Made by a program: the position numbers and the translations under genes. A stretch of 63,573 bases of DNA, the filler included, from Octopus bimaculoides (Eukaryota): assembly GCF_001194135.2 (NCBI RefSeq). It is 5 parts of 5 records of this genome, joined end to end, with 100 filler letters (N's around TTAATTAATTAA, not from the genome) between each part and the next. Parts side by side here need not be neighbours in the genome. Positions count along the whole stretch, not along the records: positions 28,354 to 45,224 come from NC_068989.1; positions 45,325 to 59,225 come from NC_068984.1; 3 more parts are not named here. The stretch is one strand, 5' to 3'. Shown here in pieces: positions 35,758 through 48,760 of this stretch (position 1 is the first letter of the stretch; every line of letters begins with the position of its first letter). Under the pieces are notes generated by a model that was given only the letters and a program-made list of their open reading frames with translations, had not been told where the DNA came from and did not search any database.

Positions 35758-35758
<1 letters not shown>
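35237..35758. mobile_element. About 500-bp non-coding dispersed element (family C) embedded in (TTA)n
   Basis: Runs gagtgagagag...gcaggtggggcccagttagaattt...cagaagccatg...ggtactgcatc. Homologous to 47884-48340 (inverted), 58469-58932 and 40245-40425. (TTA)n lies on both sides. Confidence 0.8.
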
Positions 35759-35812
<54 letters not shown>

Positions 35813-35997
35813 GTTGTTATTATTATTGTTATTATGATTATTATTATTATGATTATTATTATTATTATTATTATTATTGACTGAAGAAAAATGAAATCCT
35901 TTCATGTGACTTCCCTCGGGCTAACTTTATTTATCAAGGAAATATACCTTGCATTATAAACTCCAGCCCCACCGTTTGTAATGCACTATACATACAT

Positions 35998-36050
35998 ACA
36001 TGTATGTATGTATGTATGTATGTATGTATGTATGTATGTATGTATGTATG

Positions 36051-36112
<62 letters not shown>

Positions 36113-36260
36113 CATACATACATACATATATATATAAATATATACATACATATATATATACACACATATATATATATACAAACATATATATATATATATA
36201 TATACATGTGTCTATATATATACACATATATATAATATACATGTGTGTGTATGTATATAT
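35998..36260. repeat. (TATG)n(TA)n low-complexity tract, representative of many similar tracts (24950-25530, 27560-28750, 31320-31450, 38545-38740, 53780-54090, 62560-62860)
   Basis: Read directly. These tracts produce the YI/CV/HT-rich pseudo-ORFs in the track. Confidence 0.95.
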
Positions 36261-36261
36261 T

Positions 36262-36429
36262 CTTTTACTTGTTACAGTCATTTGACTGCGGCTATGCTGG
36301 AGCACTGCCTTTAGTCGAACAAATCGACCCCAGGACTTATTCTTGTAAGCCTAGTTCTTACTCTATCGTCCCTTTGGCCGAACCGCTAGAATACGGGGGA
36401 ACGTAAACACACCAACATGGGTTGTCAAG

Positions 36430-36507
<78 letters not shown>

Positions 36508-36685
36508 CACACACACACACACACGACGGGCTTCTTTCAGTTTCCCTCAACCAAATCTACTCACAACGCTTTGGTCGGGCCGAGGCTATAGCAGGAGACA
36601 CTTGCCCAATGCGCCACACAGTGAGACTGCATCCAGAACGATGTGGTTGGGAAGTAAGCTTCTTACAACACAACCACGCCTGCGC
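36262..36685 (-). mobile_element. Family A SINE with expanded internal (TA)n(CA)n
   Basis: 36262-36430 and 36525-36685 match the tail and head of 22086-22495. Confidence 0.85.
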
Positions 36686-36955
36686 CTATGTATATCTATA
36701 CATCCACATATACACACTCTCACACTCAAATACACACAAACACACACGCAAGTGAGCGCTTATGTTAAAAACAAATTGGAAAAATAGTACTCGAATACCA
36801 AAGGTAGAGTAATATGCATTTTATTAAAGCTGAAAAATTACCACAGAAATGTTACTCAGAGTTTCACGTTCCCGTCCGTCGGACAGCTGTGATATATATG
36901 TCTATAGGTGTGTCATTTTATATGTGTGTGTGTGTGTGTGTGGGAGAGGGAGAGG

Positions 36956-36989
<34 letters not shown>

Positions 36990-37180
36990 TAGAGAGAGAG
37001 AGAGAGAGAGCGTATGTGTGTGTGCGTGTGTGTGCCTGCGTGTAAGCATGAATGCAGCTGTGCGTATTGACTGATACATAAAAACAGATTTATATACATA
37101 AACAGACATATAGATGTATTTTCATCTACCCACCACCTCTCCTACGAAGTCTGTGACGACGTCGACAACCACGACGATGG

Positions 37181-37215
<35 letters not shown>

Positions 37216-37393
37216 GTGGTGTTGGTGATGATGGTGATGACAATTCGTCTTGTATAACTACCGAACAGGAAAGAATATAAAAAAAAAAGGAGGTATCTAT
37301 GTTTTGAAGTAGTAATTACAAATATCGCACACATAAAGCACGCGCGCCTAAAAACCAACCCACCCACACACCCACACACACACACACACACAT

Positions 37394-37433
<40 letters not shown>

Positions 37434-37525
37434 GCGCACACATATTTGTTCGCATGTATATGTATATGAATATATATATATATGAACATATATGAAGTGG
37501 CAGTGATGGTCGGAGTGCAAAGTGT

Positions 37526-37635
37526 ATGATGCTACAGAGCTGGCACTTGCTACCAGGAGGAGTTCTCTCCACCAGCAACGTGGAATGGTCGTTTCGTCGT
37601 TTTGGTAATTTTCATTCCGAAAACCCACTAACAAT
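37526..37635 (+). CDS. Weak candidate first coding exon, product unknown
   Basis: The first ATG after an in-frame stop opens MMLQSWHLLPGGVLSTSNVEWSFRRFGNFHSENPLT, ending at a consensus donor AT|GTAAGT (37636-37641). The sequence looks unique and retains CpG. No homology recognised. Confidence 0.2.
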
Positions 37636-37917
37636 GTAAGTAACTTGTGATATTCTTGGTTATTAGGGAGATTACCTTGTAGATGTTTAATTTCCAGGTT
37701 CTATATAACATAAGAGGTGCCGTTTCCTCGCACAGGTAAACCTCGTCATGTTTTTTAGAGGTGCTTCCATCAAGACGTTCGCCTCGCTCTCCGTGTCATT
37801 CGCTTGTTAATATTATTGTCGTTCTTCTTGTTTATTTGTGATGCTGTTGCTGTTGTCTTCGTCGTTATCAACTTGGTTGTTCACTGATAGTCTTGTCGTA
37901 CTCCATGCTTCGATATT

Positions 37918-38056
37918 CTCCTTCTCCTTCTTCTTCTTCTTCTTCTTCTTCTTCTTCTTCTTCTTCATCTTCTTCTTCTTCTTCTTCCTCCTCCTCCTCC
38001 TCCTCCTCCTCCTATTATTATTATTGTTGTTGTTGTTGTTATTATTATTGTTGTTG

Positions 38057-38113
<57 letters not shown>
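37918..38113. repeat. Compound trinucleotide microsatellite (TTC)n(TCC)n(TTA/TTG)n
   Basis: Read directly. Similar compound tracts lie at 38272-38495, 39848-39948, 47745-47878, 48341-48433, 50418-50540, 51328-51385 and 54195-54350. Confidence 0.95.
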
Positions 38114-38114
<1 letters not shown>

Positions 38115-38270
38115 CTGTCTGAGTTCAAATTCCGCTGAGGTCGACTTTGCCTTTTATCCTTTCGGGGTCGATAAATTAAGTACCAGCGAAACACTAGGAT
38201 CGATGTAATCGACTAGTCCTCTCCCCACCAAATTTCAGGCTTTGTGCCTATAATAAAGAGGATTATTATA

Positions 38271-38309
<39 letters not shown>

Positions 38310-38448
38310 CATCATCATCATCATCATCATCATCATTATTATTATCGTTGTTGTTCTTGTTGTTGTTATTTATGTGATACCCCTTTGGCAAATAGAAGAA
38401 ATTATCAATATTGTTGTTGTCGTCGTCGTCGTCGTCGTCATCATCATC

Positions 38449-38480
<32 letters not shown>

Positions 38481-38593
38481 CATTATCATTATTATTAGAT
38501 ATACACGAAGTTAATTCAATCGACCACACCCCTTCTTTATAAATATATGTGTGCGTGTATGTGTCTATGTGTGTGTATTTGTGTGTGTGTTTG

Positions 38594-38627
<34 letters not shown>

Positions 38628-38692
38628 CGCGTGTGTGTATGTGTGTGTATGTGNNNNNNNNNNGTGTGTGCGCGTGTGTGTATGTGTGTGTA

Positions 38693-38724
<32 letters not shown>

Positions 38725-39847
38725 TGTGTGTGCGTGTTTGCTTCTGTAATCCTTAATATTTACGTTATTAAATGATACAGGTAGATAATCCAGTTGGGAA
38801 TGAAACAAGCAACGAGAAAGTGCTTATAAAGGTTCACTTAAAATACTAAGTGTGTGTACCTGCTATTGGGAGCCGACCAGTCTTCCAAAATATTCCAACC
38901 GTGACCATCTTGTCTCTGCATTATCCAGAACTATATTGTTTAATACATTTTTCGGTCTTTTTTTTTTTTCCATTTTATTTTCATTTTTTTAAAAATCCGT
39001 GAGTAGTGATTTGCTAGAATTTACTCGTGTTGTCTCTGCTTCTTTCTATGTTGACATTTTTAATTCGTAATCTCATCTTTCAATAGTACCACCACCACCA
39101 CCACCTACACAAACACAAACACCAACACCACCGTCCTCATCCCTAGTACTACCGCCATCATCACTACTACTATAACTACTGCTACTACATATAATCATAT
39201 AATATCCATGATAGGCACGTGGCCTCATATTTTTCGAAGGTAGTATAGTAAATTATATTGAAACCTGTTCTTTACTCGACTGGTACAACTTATTTTATCG
39301 ATCGCGAGGGTGCAGAAAGCTAAGACGGTCATGGCAAGATTGAGATCAGAACATAAAAGAGCTGAGCTAAATGTCGGTTTCAGATTTTTGGCACAAGGCC
39401 AGCAAGTTCGGGTCAAGTTCTAAGTCGATTACATCGACTCCAGTGTTTAAATGGTACTTATTTTATCAGCCCCACGAAAGGATGACAGCATAGTCGACGT
39501 CAGCTGAATTTGGACCCAGAACATGAAGACGGACGGAATGTCGCTAAGTAATTTACCCGTCGTGCTCGCCGCCCTATGGGCTTAGCTAAATATCACAAGC
39601 TATTTTAGTCTGACGCACTACTGATTCTACTATCCATAGTTATAGTCATTATAATTATGGTATTACTTCTAGGTAGAGAGTGTGAATTGATAGTAATGTA
39701 GTATTGAAGTGTAGAGGTAACGATCAAGCTCTTGTGTAACTCTATGTTGTATAACTGCATATAATAGCAATTACATTAACGTCAACATCACTCAGTGAGG
39801 TTTCAATCAGGAAATGAAGGTTTCAAACATATAACGTGAAGCATATA

Positions 39848-39950
<103 letters not shown>

Positions 39951-40431
39951 GACAGCAATTTTGGGGAGGGGATAATTCGATTACATCAACCCCAGTTTTC
40001 AACTGGTACTGAACTTTGGGGAGAGGGCTAGTCGATTACATCGACCTCAGTCTTTCACTGGTACTTAATTTATCGACCCCGAAAGGATGAAAGGTAAATT
40101 CGACCTTCGCAGAATTTGAACTCAAAACGTGCAGACAGACGAAGCGCCGCAAAGCATTTCACTTGGTTTGCTCGCCGCCTTAATATTATCAACAACAACA
40201 ACAACAACAACAATAAGAATAATAATAATAATATTAATAATGATAATATGCAGTACCAAGCAGTGGCTCCAATGCTTTTGCCCTGATGCAGTACCAAGCA
40301 GAGGCTCCCATGGCTTTTGATCTCAACTGATTGGAAGTTGCCCTGATGCAGGACCAGGCAGTGGACCTCATGGTTTTTGATTTTAACTGATTGAAAGTTC
40401 TATCATGTACATGTTTTATCTCCTTGGAGAT

Positions 40432-40497
40432 AGCGGGCCACAGAAAATCGCTTGGCGAGCCGCATGCGGCCTACGGGCCATGAGTTGGAGACCCCTG
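40432..40497. mobile_element. Terminal fragment of a hAT (Charlie-like) element
   Basis: The reverse complement begins CAGGGGTCTCCAACTCATGGCCCGTAGGCCGCATGCGGC, a typical Charlie-type terminus with GGCCGCATGCGGC subterminal motif. Confidence 0.65.
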
Positions 40498-41512
40498 TTC
40501 TATATCAATAGAGACGGGTGTGGCTAGAAACGGATGAGACACATTATCGAAAAGAAATTCAAGTCGTGGCTATTTGCATCTGACGTGGAAAATTTACTTT
40601 AGTTACAACGGACCATTTACTGTATCATATATTGTACTATGAATATAACATTGCTTCTGCACTGTATTGTGTCTGTATTGTATATGAATTTTTATACCAA
40701 CTGATATAGATTTCTCAAATGTTTCCATAATTTGCCTGACCGCTGTAAAATTTACGAATCATTTATTTATAATGAAATGTCCCCAATAGAGAGAACAACC
40801 ACTTTGGGCCGATCACTTAAATTTCAGACCACCAAAGATAAATACCTCCCCTAAAATTCTGCCCCTTCACACACAGGTGTATATTCAAAGAATACCGTTT
40901 AGCCCAGGTCTTGTGCATTACTTCATTCGTCCAACGTTCAGCATCGCGAAATTTACAACAGAACAGGATGTTGATAAAAGCTTAGCTAGTGTCACAAAAG
41001 TCTTGTCTTTATCATTTTAGTCATGCCCAGCACATTGCATATTTCACCATAGCCAATGCTAATAGTAGCCATGACTTCTAACTTTGTCATAAGACCTTAC
41101 ATTTAGGCGTGAGTGGAGATTACAGTGGATCAAATCGGCAGTGGTACTTGATTGGCTGGGTGGTAGATTTAATCCATCATTCAGTTTAATAGCAACACCA
41201 TCCTTCTTTTAATTAATCTTTCCTTTTGTTGCAAACATTAGGACCAGGTTATCCAGTCGGGAGATAAATTTCGACTTTCCTTCTTCCAATCTCGTATACT
41301 CTGAAAAGAGTTACAAGTGCTGACATACATCTTTTGACTAAGCCATACAAGCAAATCGGTCATCGACCCGGTAAAAGGAAGAGTAACTCAGATCGTATTC
41401 CAGAGGATCTTAATCAATGAGAAATTACAACTAAAAGAAGCATGGCATTTTCACAACCGCTCTATTAATTATATTATTCTCTACTCTTGACTGTTCTAAC
41501 ACAGACACAGGT

Positions 41513-41588
41513 GGGAGAGATATAGTCGATTGGGAGAGATATAGTCGATTGGGAGAGATATAGGAGATTGGGAGAGATATAGTCGATT
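41513..41588 (+). repeat. 19-bp minisatellite, 4 copies, derived from the family B head
   Basis: gggagagatatagtcgatt x4 (third copy variant), running into gattacacgtatccccagt. Confidence 0.85.
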
Positions 41589-42805
41589 ACACGTATCCCA
41601 GTACATCACTGGTACATACTAAATAGCAATAATAGAAAAAAAATTATCCATCAACCTTCGCCCACTGTTTCTGAGAGGGATATGGGAGTAGGATCCTTAG
41701 GCACCCTCTTCAAAGCAACTTGTCAGAAGCCACCGTCATGACACAATCCAACTGGATTCCCTAGTGTGACCAGCTGAGACAATATATATTACCCGACTAC
41801 CTCATTCTTGGTCTTCTTCGAGGTGTTTACGCCGGTCGGCACAGCTTAAAGCATCCGTCTTGCGATTGTTTCCTGCAACATTCTAATCACATTTATACAC
41901 ATTTATGATAAGGCACATGGTCAGAAATTGTATTCAACTCAGTTGATTATATACACTGGAAATCAAAATGTAAATGGACTGGAAATCAGAACGTAAAGAG
42001 CCGGTAAAATATTGCATATTTTCTCCGACATCTTAACGATTCTCCCAAATCGCCGCTCCTCATAATAGTAAAAATAATAAAATTTCTCCAAAGCCATGTG
42101 ATGTTATTTTCTCGGGCGTTTTTAATCGATTGTTTCATTCAACAACCAATGAGAAAACACTCAGCTGATTCTTACTAAACCGGATATTGCATAAGGATGT
42201 CCATTCACCAAGGCCATAGTTGTTTAACATCATTTATCGGACACAACGACAATTACTAAGACTTCTAGACTAGACAGAGTTCGCATATATTTGTTTTTTT
42301 TTTCAACTGATGGACGTCATTTTCGAAGAACAAAGATAATGGTGCAAATACAATAAGTATGCACATGCTCTCTCTCTCTCGCACACACACACATACAACA
42401 CTTCAAATGCACTCCTTTTCACATGCATATATATATNNNNNNNNNNNNNNNNNNNNNNNNNNNNNNNNNNNNNNNNNNNNNNNNNNNNNNNNNNNNNNNN
42501 NNNNNNNNNNNNNNNNNNNNNNNNNNNNNNNNNNNNNNNNNNNNNNNNNNNNNNNNNNNNNNNNNNNNNNNNNNNNNNNNNNNNNNNNNNNNNNNNNNNN
42601 NNNNNNNNNNNNNNNNNNNNNNNNNNNNNNNNNNNNNNNNNNNNNNNNNNNNNNNNNNNNNNNNNNNNNNNNNNNNNNNNNNNNNNNNNNNNNNNNNNNN
42701 NNNNNNNNNNNNNNNNNNNNNNNNNNNNNNNNNNNNNNNNNNNNNNNNNNNNNNNNNNNNNNNNNNNNNNNNNNNNNNNNNNNNNNNNATATATATATAT
42801 ATAGT

Positions 42806-43330
42806 ATACAAATATATATATAGGATAAAATTATTGTTATAAAATAATAATATCAGTGGACAGCATACAATTAAAAACCATAGAGGTAAAAATTAATATA
42901 GATTTATAATTATATATAAAAATATATAATCATAATGAAGGGTACATGGAAAAAGTACAAACATGCTAGAAGCAGAAGTAAAAAAAGGCTCTGAACCACC
43001 TATTTCACTCTTTTGCATAGGTGAATGCGAGATGAAATGAGCAAAATAATTAAGCCTACCTGTAACAGATAAATAGATGATCCTGTATCGATCGATATTC
43101 TCTTGTGCAAAATTGTGCAATAGGTGGGTTAGAGTCTTTTTGACTTCTATTTCTAGCATGTTGGTACTTTCTCCAAGTACCCTTCATTATTTCTATATTT
43201 TTTATATATAATCATAAATCTATACAAATTTTTACCTCTGTGGTTTTTAATTGCATGCTGGGCACTGATATTATTATTTTTATTATTTTATAACACTAAT
43301 TTTATCCTTTTTGTATATATAGGTTTGTAT
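42806..43330. repeat. Fold-back inverted repeat (arms about 180 bp), probably an old PLE terminal structure
   Basis: 42823-42990 (ggataaaatta...aatgaagggtac...catgctagaagcagaagt) is the diverged reverse complement of 43143-43307. Confidence 0.75.
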
Positions 43331-43499
43331 GTATATTTTTTATATATTTTCTTTTTTTATATATTTTCTATAGATAGATAGATAGATAGACAAACATATA
43401 TGTATGCATGTGTGTATGTGAGTGTGTGTGTATGTGTGCGTGTGTGTGTGCATGTATGTGTGTGTGTTTGTGCATGACAATACATACATTGGTACATGA

Positions 43500-43760
43500 A
43501 TACGAATGTGGTTAGAAAAATACAAGAGGATATCTGTGGACCATTGATAAGAAGATTGCAAATCCAGTACTCAAGCTGCACTTTCGGCCTCATACCTATT
43601 ATTACTGGAGCAACAGGATACATATCAACCTGCTTGTAGCAAAGTATGCTGAACTTGAGATCTTGGGGAGAGAAAGCAAATCCTTAATTCATATGCTACA
43701 AATGATCACGATATCTGGGACCGTAAAAGTCTGCAAGGGTTTCTTAAAGTTTAAAGAATG
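43500..43760 (+). mobile_element. Dong/R4-like LINE C-terminal (RLE) fragment
   Basis: Translation gives QYSSCTFGLIPIITGATGYISTCL...ISGTVKVCKGFLKF*, similar to the C-terminus in ORF 5993..6226. Confidence 0.65.
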
Positions 43761-44208
43761 GGGTTAAAACAAGATACTTTCCTTCGCAACCTTCCTACCA
43801 AGCAGATGGCCGTTCAAAATTTACTGTTGAATTAACAAGAGAACCAGAAGAATATACGTACATCCATACATACATACATACATAGGTTTGGTAGTGCAAA
43901 AGGTAAATAGAATTCGGAACATGAGTATATATACGTTTTTATTTTAATAATTGGTAGAAATCACAGAATAGATCAGAGGACGAGGGTTTTGTGCGTTGAT
44001 TCTTACCAAACTGGTTTTAAATTAAAAGGGCTTATATTGATATACTGCTGGTAATGGTATTTCTAGTACAATCCATCGAAATACCATTATCAAAGGTATA
44101 CAAATGTAATCACCCTTGATTTGAAAACAATTTAATAAGCGTTAATGCATGCAGTACAGGACCCTTGGGTCACTGTAATTCCTGCTGATACATTTATATT
44201 ATGTTTTA

Positions 44209-44277
<69 letters not shown>

Positions 44278-44296
44278 GCTAGCTAGCTAGCTAGCT
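44209..44296. repeat. (TATC)n followed by (TAGC)n microsatellite
   Basis: Read directly. Confidence 0.95.
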
Positions 44297-44479
44297 CTCT
44301 GTGTGAGTACCTATGTATATATGCATGTATATGTGAATGTATACATGTATGTCTATGCATATGTATTAATGTATGTATTTATCTCTATATATATGTACAT
44401 CTCTGTATATATGTACATATATAAATATATTCACACACATTGATATACATACATACACACATACCTACACATATACACA

Positions 44480-44527
<48 letters not shown>

Positions 44528-45344
44528 GACCACTATACTACAATATCGAGCATAAATATATAATACAGTGTCTGCTTTATAATGTGAACTGACACCTTAG
44601 GATTGAACATATTTCAATAGTTTATAAGTAATTCTCTATAGTAATAAAAGGGCTAGTTTTATTCTCATTATGCTAATTGTTAATTGGCTGCAAGTCTAGG
44701 ATCATCAATGTCTCTTGTCATTAACGATGGCGAGCTGTTTGTGTCGCTACATCATATAAAATATATATTTTGTTATTGCTTATAGTCTTTTGCACAAAGG
44801 TTACTCGTGATTTCAAGCATAAAACTATGAGTGCTGTCTATACTAGTATTTATCACTATGATATATGTCACTACAACTTCAGTTGATAGTTGTAAATCTA
44901 TATTTGACTGAATTAGACATATATAAATATACATATATATCTATACACACACACATGCACACGCACACACACACGCATACACACATACATACATACAAAC
45001 ACACGCATATATACGCGCGCGCGCACGCATACATATATAAGGTCAAATTCTCTTCAGAGTTATTGGTTTAAGTTAAATAGAACGAATGGAGGATTCTGGT
45101 TCAATATACCGTAGGCTGTATAAAGGTGATAGATTGAGATGCGTACTTCCTAATGAGGACGAAGTTACATGTATTTCTTAACGTCCATTCTCTCATCTTA
45201 TTTTCATATATATATATATATATANNNNNNNNNNNNNNNNNNNNNNNNNNNNNNNNNNNNNNNNNNNNTTAATTAATTAANNNNNNNNNNNNNNNNNNNN
45301 NNNNNNNNNNNNNNNNNNNNNNNNATATATATATATATATAATA

Positions 45345-45850
45345 ACAATAATCTTTGGATTGAATTGATAGATATTTAATGTATCGTTAACTACCTCATA
45401 TGTTAAATAAGATCCTCACAAATGCTAGACTATTCTCTAGAACAACAGACACAAGAGTCGAAAAGTGTATTCGCCCTAATTGCGGAACATGTCCCAATCT
45501 CTTAAAAGGATCGGAATTCCATTGCAGACATGAGCAAATATTCAAAAATCAAATCTAACGTTACTTGCGCCTCTCAAAACCTTATTGCTTGGGCTGCGAA
45601 AGAAACTATATTGGTTTGACAAGAATGTCGAACAGATAGAAATGTTGGGTCCACAAACAACACATATCCTCCCCACTATATCGCCAAATATATCTCAGTC
45701 AACACATTGACGAATTTGCAGAACGATTACAACCTGAATTCGTAATTTCCCCATTATATCAACTTGCGATCTGGACCTCAACACAAGTAAGACTGAAGAA
45801 AGAATCCTCATTTATCCAAAAATATAAACGAGAATTAGATATGAGCCCAT
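45345..45850 (+). mobile_element. Penelope-like GIY-YIG endonuclease remnant (third subtype)
   Basis: Frame-shifted translation gives KCIRPNCGTCPNL...KSNVTCASQNLI..LGCERNYIGLT...HKQHI...LSQHID...VISPLYQ...RLKKESSFIQKYKREL. Confidence 0.75.
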
Positions 45851-46593
45851 GAGGAGGGGTGGGGAGGAGTAGTGGGGGAGAGGTGGGGAGGAGGTGGAGG
45901 AAGAGGAGAGGAATACAAGGAAGTAGAAGAAGAAGAAGAAGNNNNNNNNNNNNNNNNNNNNNNNNNNNNNNNNNNNNNNNNNNNNNNNNNNNNNNNNNNN
46001 NNNNNNNNNNNNNNNNNNNNNNNNNNNNNNNNNNNNNNNNNNNNNNNNNNNNNNNNNNNNNNNNNNNNNNNNNNNNNNNNNNNNNNNNNNNNNNNNNNNN
46101 NNNNNNNNNNNNNNNNNNNNNNNNNNNNNNNNNNNNNNNNNNNNNNNNNNNNNNNNNNNNNNNNNNNNNNNNNNNNNNNNNNNNNNNNNNNNNNNNNNNN
46201 NNNNNNNNNNNNNNNNNNNNNNNNNNNNNNNNNNNNNNNNNNNNNNNNNNNNNNNNNNNNNNNNNNNNNNNNNNNNNNNNNNNNNNNNNNNNNNNNNNNN
46301 NNNNNNNNNNNNNNNNNNNNNNNNNNNNNNNNNNNNNNNNNNNNNNNNNNNNNNNNNNNNNNNNNNNNNNNNNNNNNNNNNNNNNNNNNNNNNNNNNNNN
46401 NNNNNNNNNNNNNNNNNNNNNNNNNNNNNNNNNNNNNNNNNNNNNNNNNNNNNNNNNNNNNNNNNNNNNNNNNNNNNNNNNNNNNNNNNNNNNNNNNNNN
46501 NNNAGAAGAAGAAGAAGAAGAAGAAGAAGAAGAAGAAGAAGAAGAAGAAGAAGAAGAAGAAGAAGAAGAAGAAGAAGAAGAAGAAGAAGAAGA

Positions 46594-46995
46594 AGCTCAG
46601 GACTCAAATACTTCCCACGAGAAATCACTAAAAACACGCAGTGAATATAAATATAAATAACTGCAGAATATTTGGCGATGGAGAAGAAACAATAAATCAT
46701 ATCATCTCTGGCTGTCCATTCCTGGCTAAGAAGGAATATATTCACAGACACGACAGAGTTCGTACCTATATACACTAGAAGCAATACCAACACTGGAATA
46801 ACAACAGAAAAAATGATGCTATAAGTAAACGCCAGAAAAGACCACAGAAAATGAGAAAACAATCATACTATGGGATATGCCAATACACACAGATATATAA
46901 ATTAAGACCAATAAGCCGGATATAGTTGTCGGAGATCATGAAGAAAATGCATTGTAATCGATGTATCATTACCAAGAGATGACAATGTTTCTCGA
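46594..46995 (+). mobile_element. Dong/R4-like LINE fragment (CCHC and RLE)
   Basis: Translation gives NCRIFGDGEETINHIISGCPFLAKKEYIHRHDRV and IILWDMPIHTD..KTNKPDIVV...IDVSLP. It starts right after a (GAA)n array. Confidence 0.85.
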
Positions 46996-47049
46996 TAGTG
47001 CAGTAAAAGCATGCGATAAAAATAAAACTACTGAATAATAATAATATTA

Positions 47050-47730
47050 CATTAAATACAGAATAAACAGCACATCAGAGAGTGTTAAGTGCAGAATTTG
47101 TGGACAAAATGGTGAAACCGTATGGAATATTACTAGTCAATGCACGCCACTAGCCCAGAAAGAATGTAACAGATTTCATGTCATTATAGCAAGGATTGTC
47201 CATTGGACACTTTCCAAGACGTATGAACTTGACAGCAAAAAATTGGTACGGACATAAACTCGAAGTCATCATCGAAAACGATCATGCAAAAATCCTATGG
47301 GAGTTTATGATTCAGTGCTACCATGAGATAAAGAATAGGAAACCAGGCACAGTCTTAATTGAGAAAGAAAGGAAACGATGCTGGATCATAGATATAGCAT
47401 GCCCAGCTGACAACAAGGGATGTGATAAGGAAGAATAAAAAGTCGATAGATATATCAGGTTAGCTTCAAATGTTAAGCAGTTATGGTCGCTGAAAAAGGT
47501 GGTAGTAGTACTAATAATTGTGGGAGCTCTGGGTATAGTGAGTAAAAATCTCGAGAAGTACATGAAACAAATAGGGGCTACAATAAGGTTGGAGCACTTG
47601 CAAAAAAACAGCAATGCTTGGAACCGCTCCAATACTCCTTGTGGTGTTCGAAGGATAAGCGGTGTTAACTACACCGGTAGTGAACAGCTGACACCATAGT
47701 ACATCTCTAGCGTTAGAAGCTGTGCAAAAA
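47050..47730 (+). mobile_element. Dong/R4-like LINE 3' fragment (second subfamily) with (AAC/AAT)n tail
   Basis: Translation gives ECRICGQNGETVWNITSQCTPLAQKE. ORF 47196..47438 reads KILWEF...CWIIDIACPAD and ORF 47499.. reads VVVLIIVGALGIVSKNLEKY. (AAC)n(AAT)n follows. Confidence 0.85.
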
Positions 47731-47784
47731 CAATAAAATAATAACAACAACAACAACAACAACAACAATAATAANNNNNNNNNN

Positions 47785-47845
<61 letters not shown>

Positions 47846-47883
47846 AAGAAGAAGAAGAAGAAGAAGAAGAAGAAGAAGGTGGA

Positions 47884-48340
47884 CAGCAACACATGTTCTG
47901 CGCAATATCACAGATTTGCTTGTTAGTTATTTGACCATAACCACTTGAGCATGTCCCTTAGTGGCTGACGATATGTGCATCTCTGGTCACAAGCCGAAGC
48001 AGTGATGGGGGGGGCATCATATGCGTGTGCTGAGAGGAATTCTTTGGGGTTTGGATAATTCACCGCTGGAAACATAGGCGTTTTGTTCACATCTTTAAAC
48101 AACCTTTATCCTAGGACCTTTTGAGCGGAATGGGTTACTCGACCTGAAAAAAATTCTAGCTGGGCCCCACTTGCATGGTCATGCTGTGTTTGCCTTGATA
48201 TGAAATCACCATGTCGCGCACGTATGGTTGCGATCCATGACACTTGTGTAGCCTTATCTGACGCGTAGTCACGATAGGTGTATTGGGCTGCGTATATTTT
48301 GCCTAAGTATCACTTTGATGGCATGCGCGGCTCTCTCACT
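47884..48340. mobile_element. Family C element, inverted relative to 35237-35758
   Basis: Reverse-complement match (ttctagctgggccccacttgc; ends ctctctcact), followed by (TAC)n(TAA)n. Confidence 0.8.
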
Positions 48341-48436
<96 letters not shown>

Positions 48437-48439
48437 GTG

Positions 48440-48760
48440 GCGATGTTAATTATTAAGTACAAAATAGTTGAGCTATGAAAAATGAAGAAGGTTAAGTTAG
48501 TGCCTATTATTGTTGGTTCCTTGGGGACAGTATCAGAAGTCATCAACAGAAATACAAAGGAAATTGGAATATAGAGGGCTCCGTAAAACTGTCACAAAAC
48601 GTTTGCCTACTTGGTACGGCCCGAATAACCAGGAAAGTATTAGCTAGCTGAAAAGAAATGATAGCTCGGTATCGTAGGCTGCAGGCAGCAGCCTGCTATG
48701 CATGCAAGATTCTAGAAGCTACAAAACTTGAGACAAAACGTATAAACAACGATAATAATA
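48440..48760 (+). mobile_element. Short Dong/R4-like 3' fragment
   Basis: Translation gives KKVKLVPIIVGSLGTVS...CLLGTARITRKVLAS*. It follows (AAT)n and ends in gataataataat. Confidence 0.75.

Noticed and set aside
35934-38808. ORFs rich in YI, CV, HT, poly-N, poly-L and poly-S
   Set aside because: They are translations of di-, tri- and tetranucleotide microsatellites.
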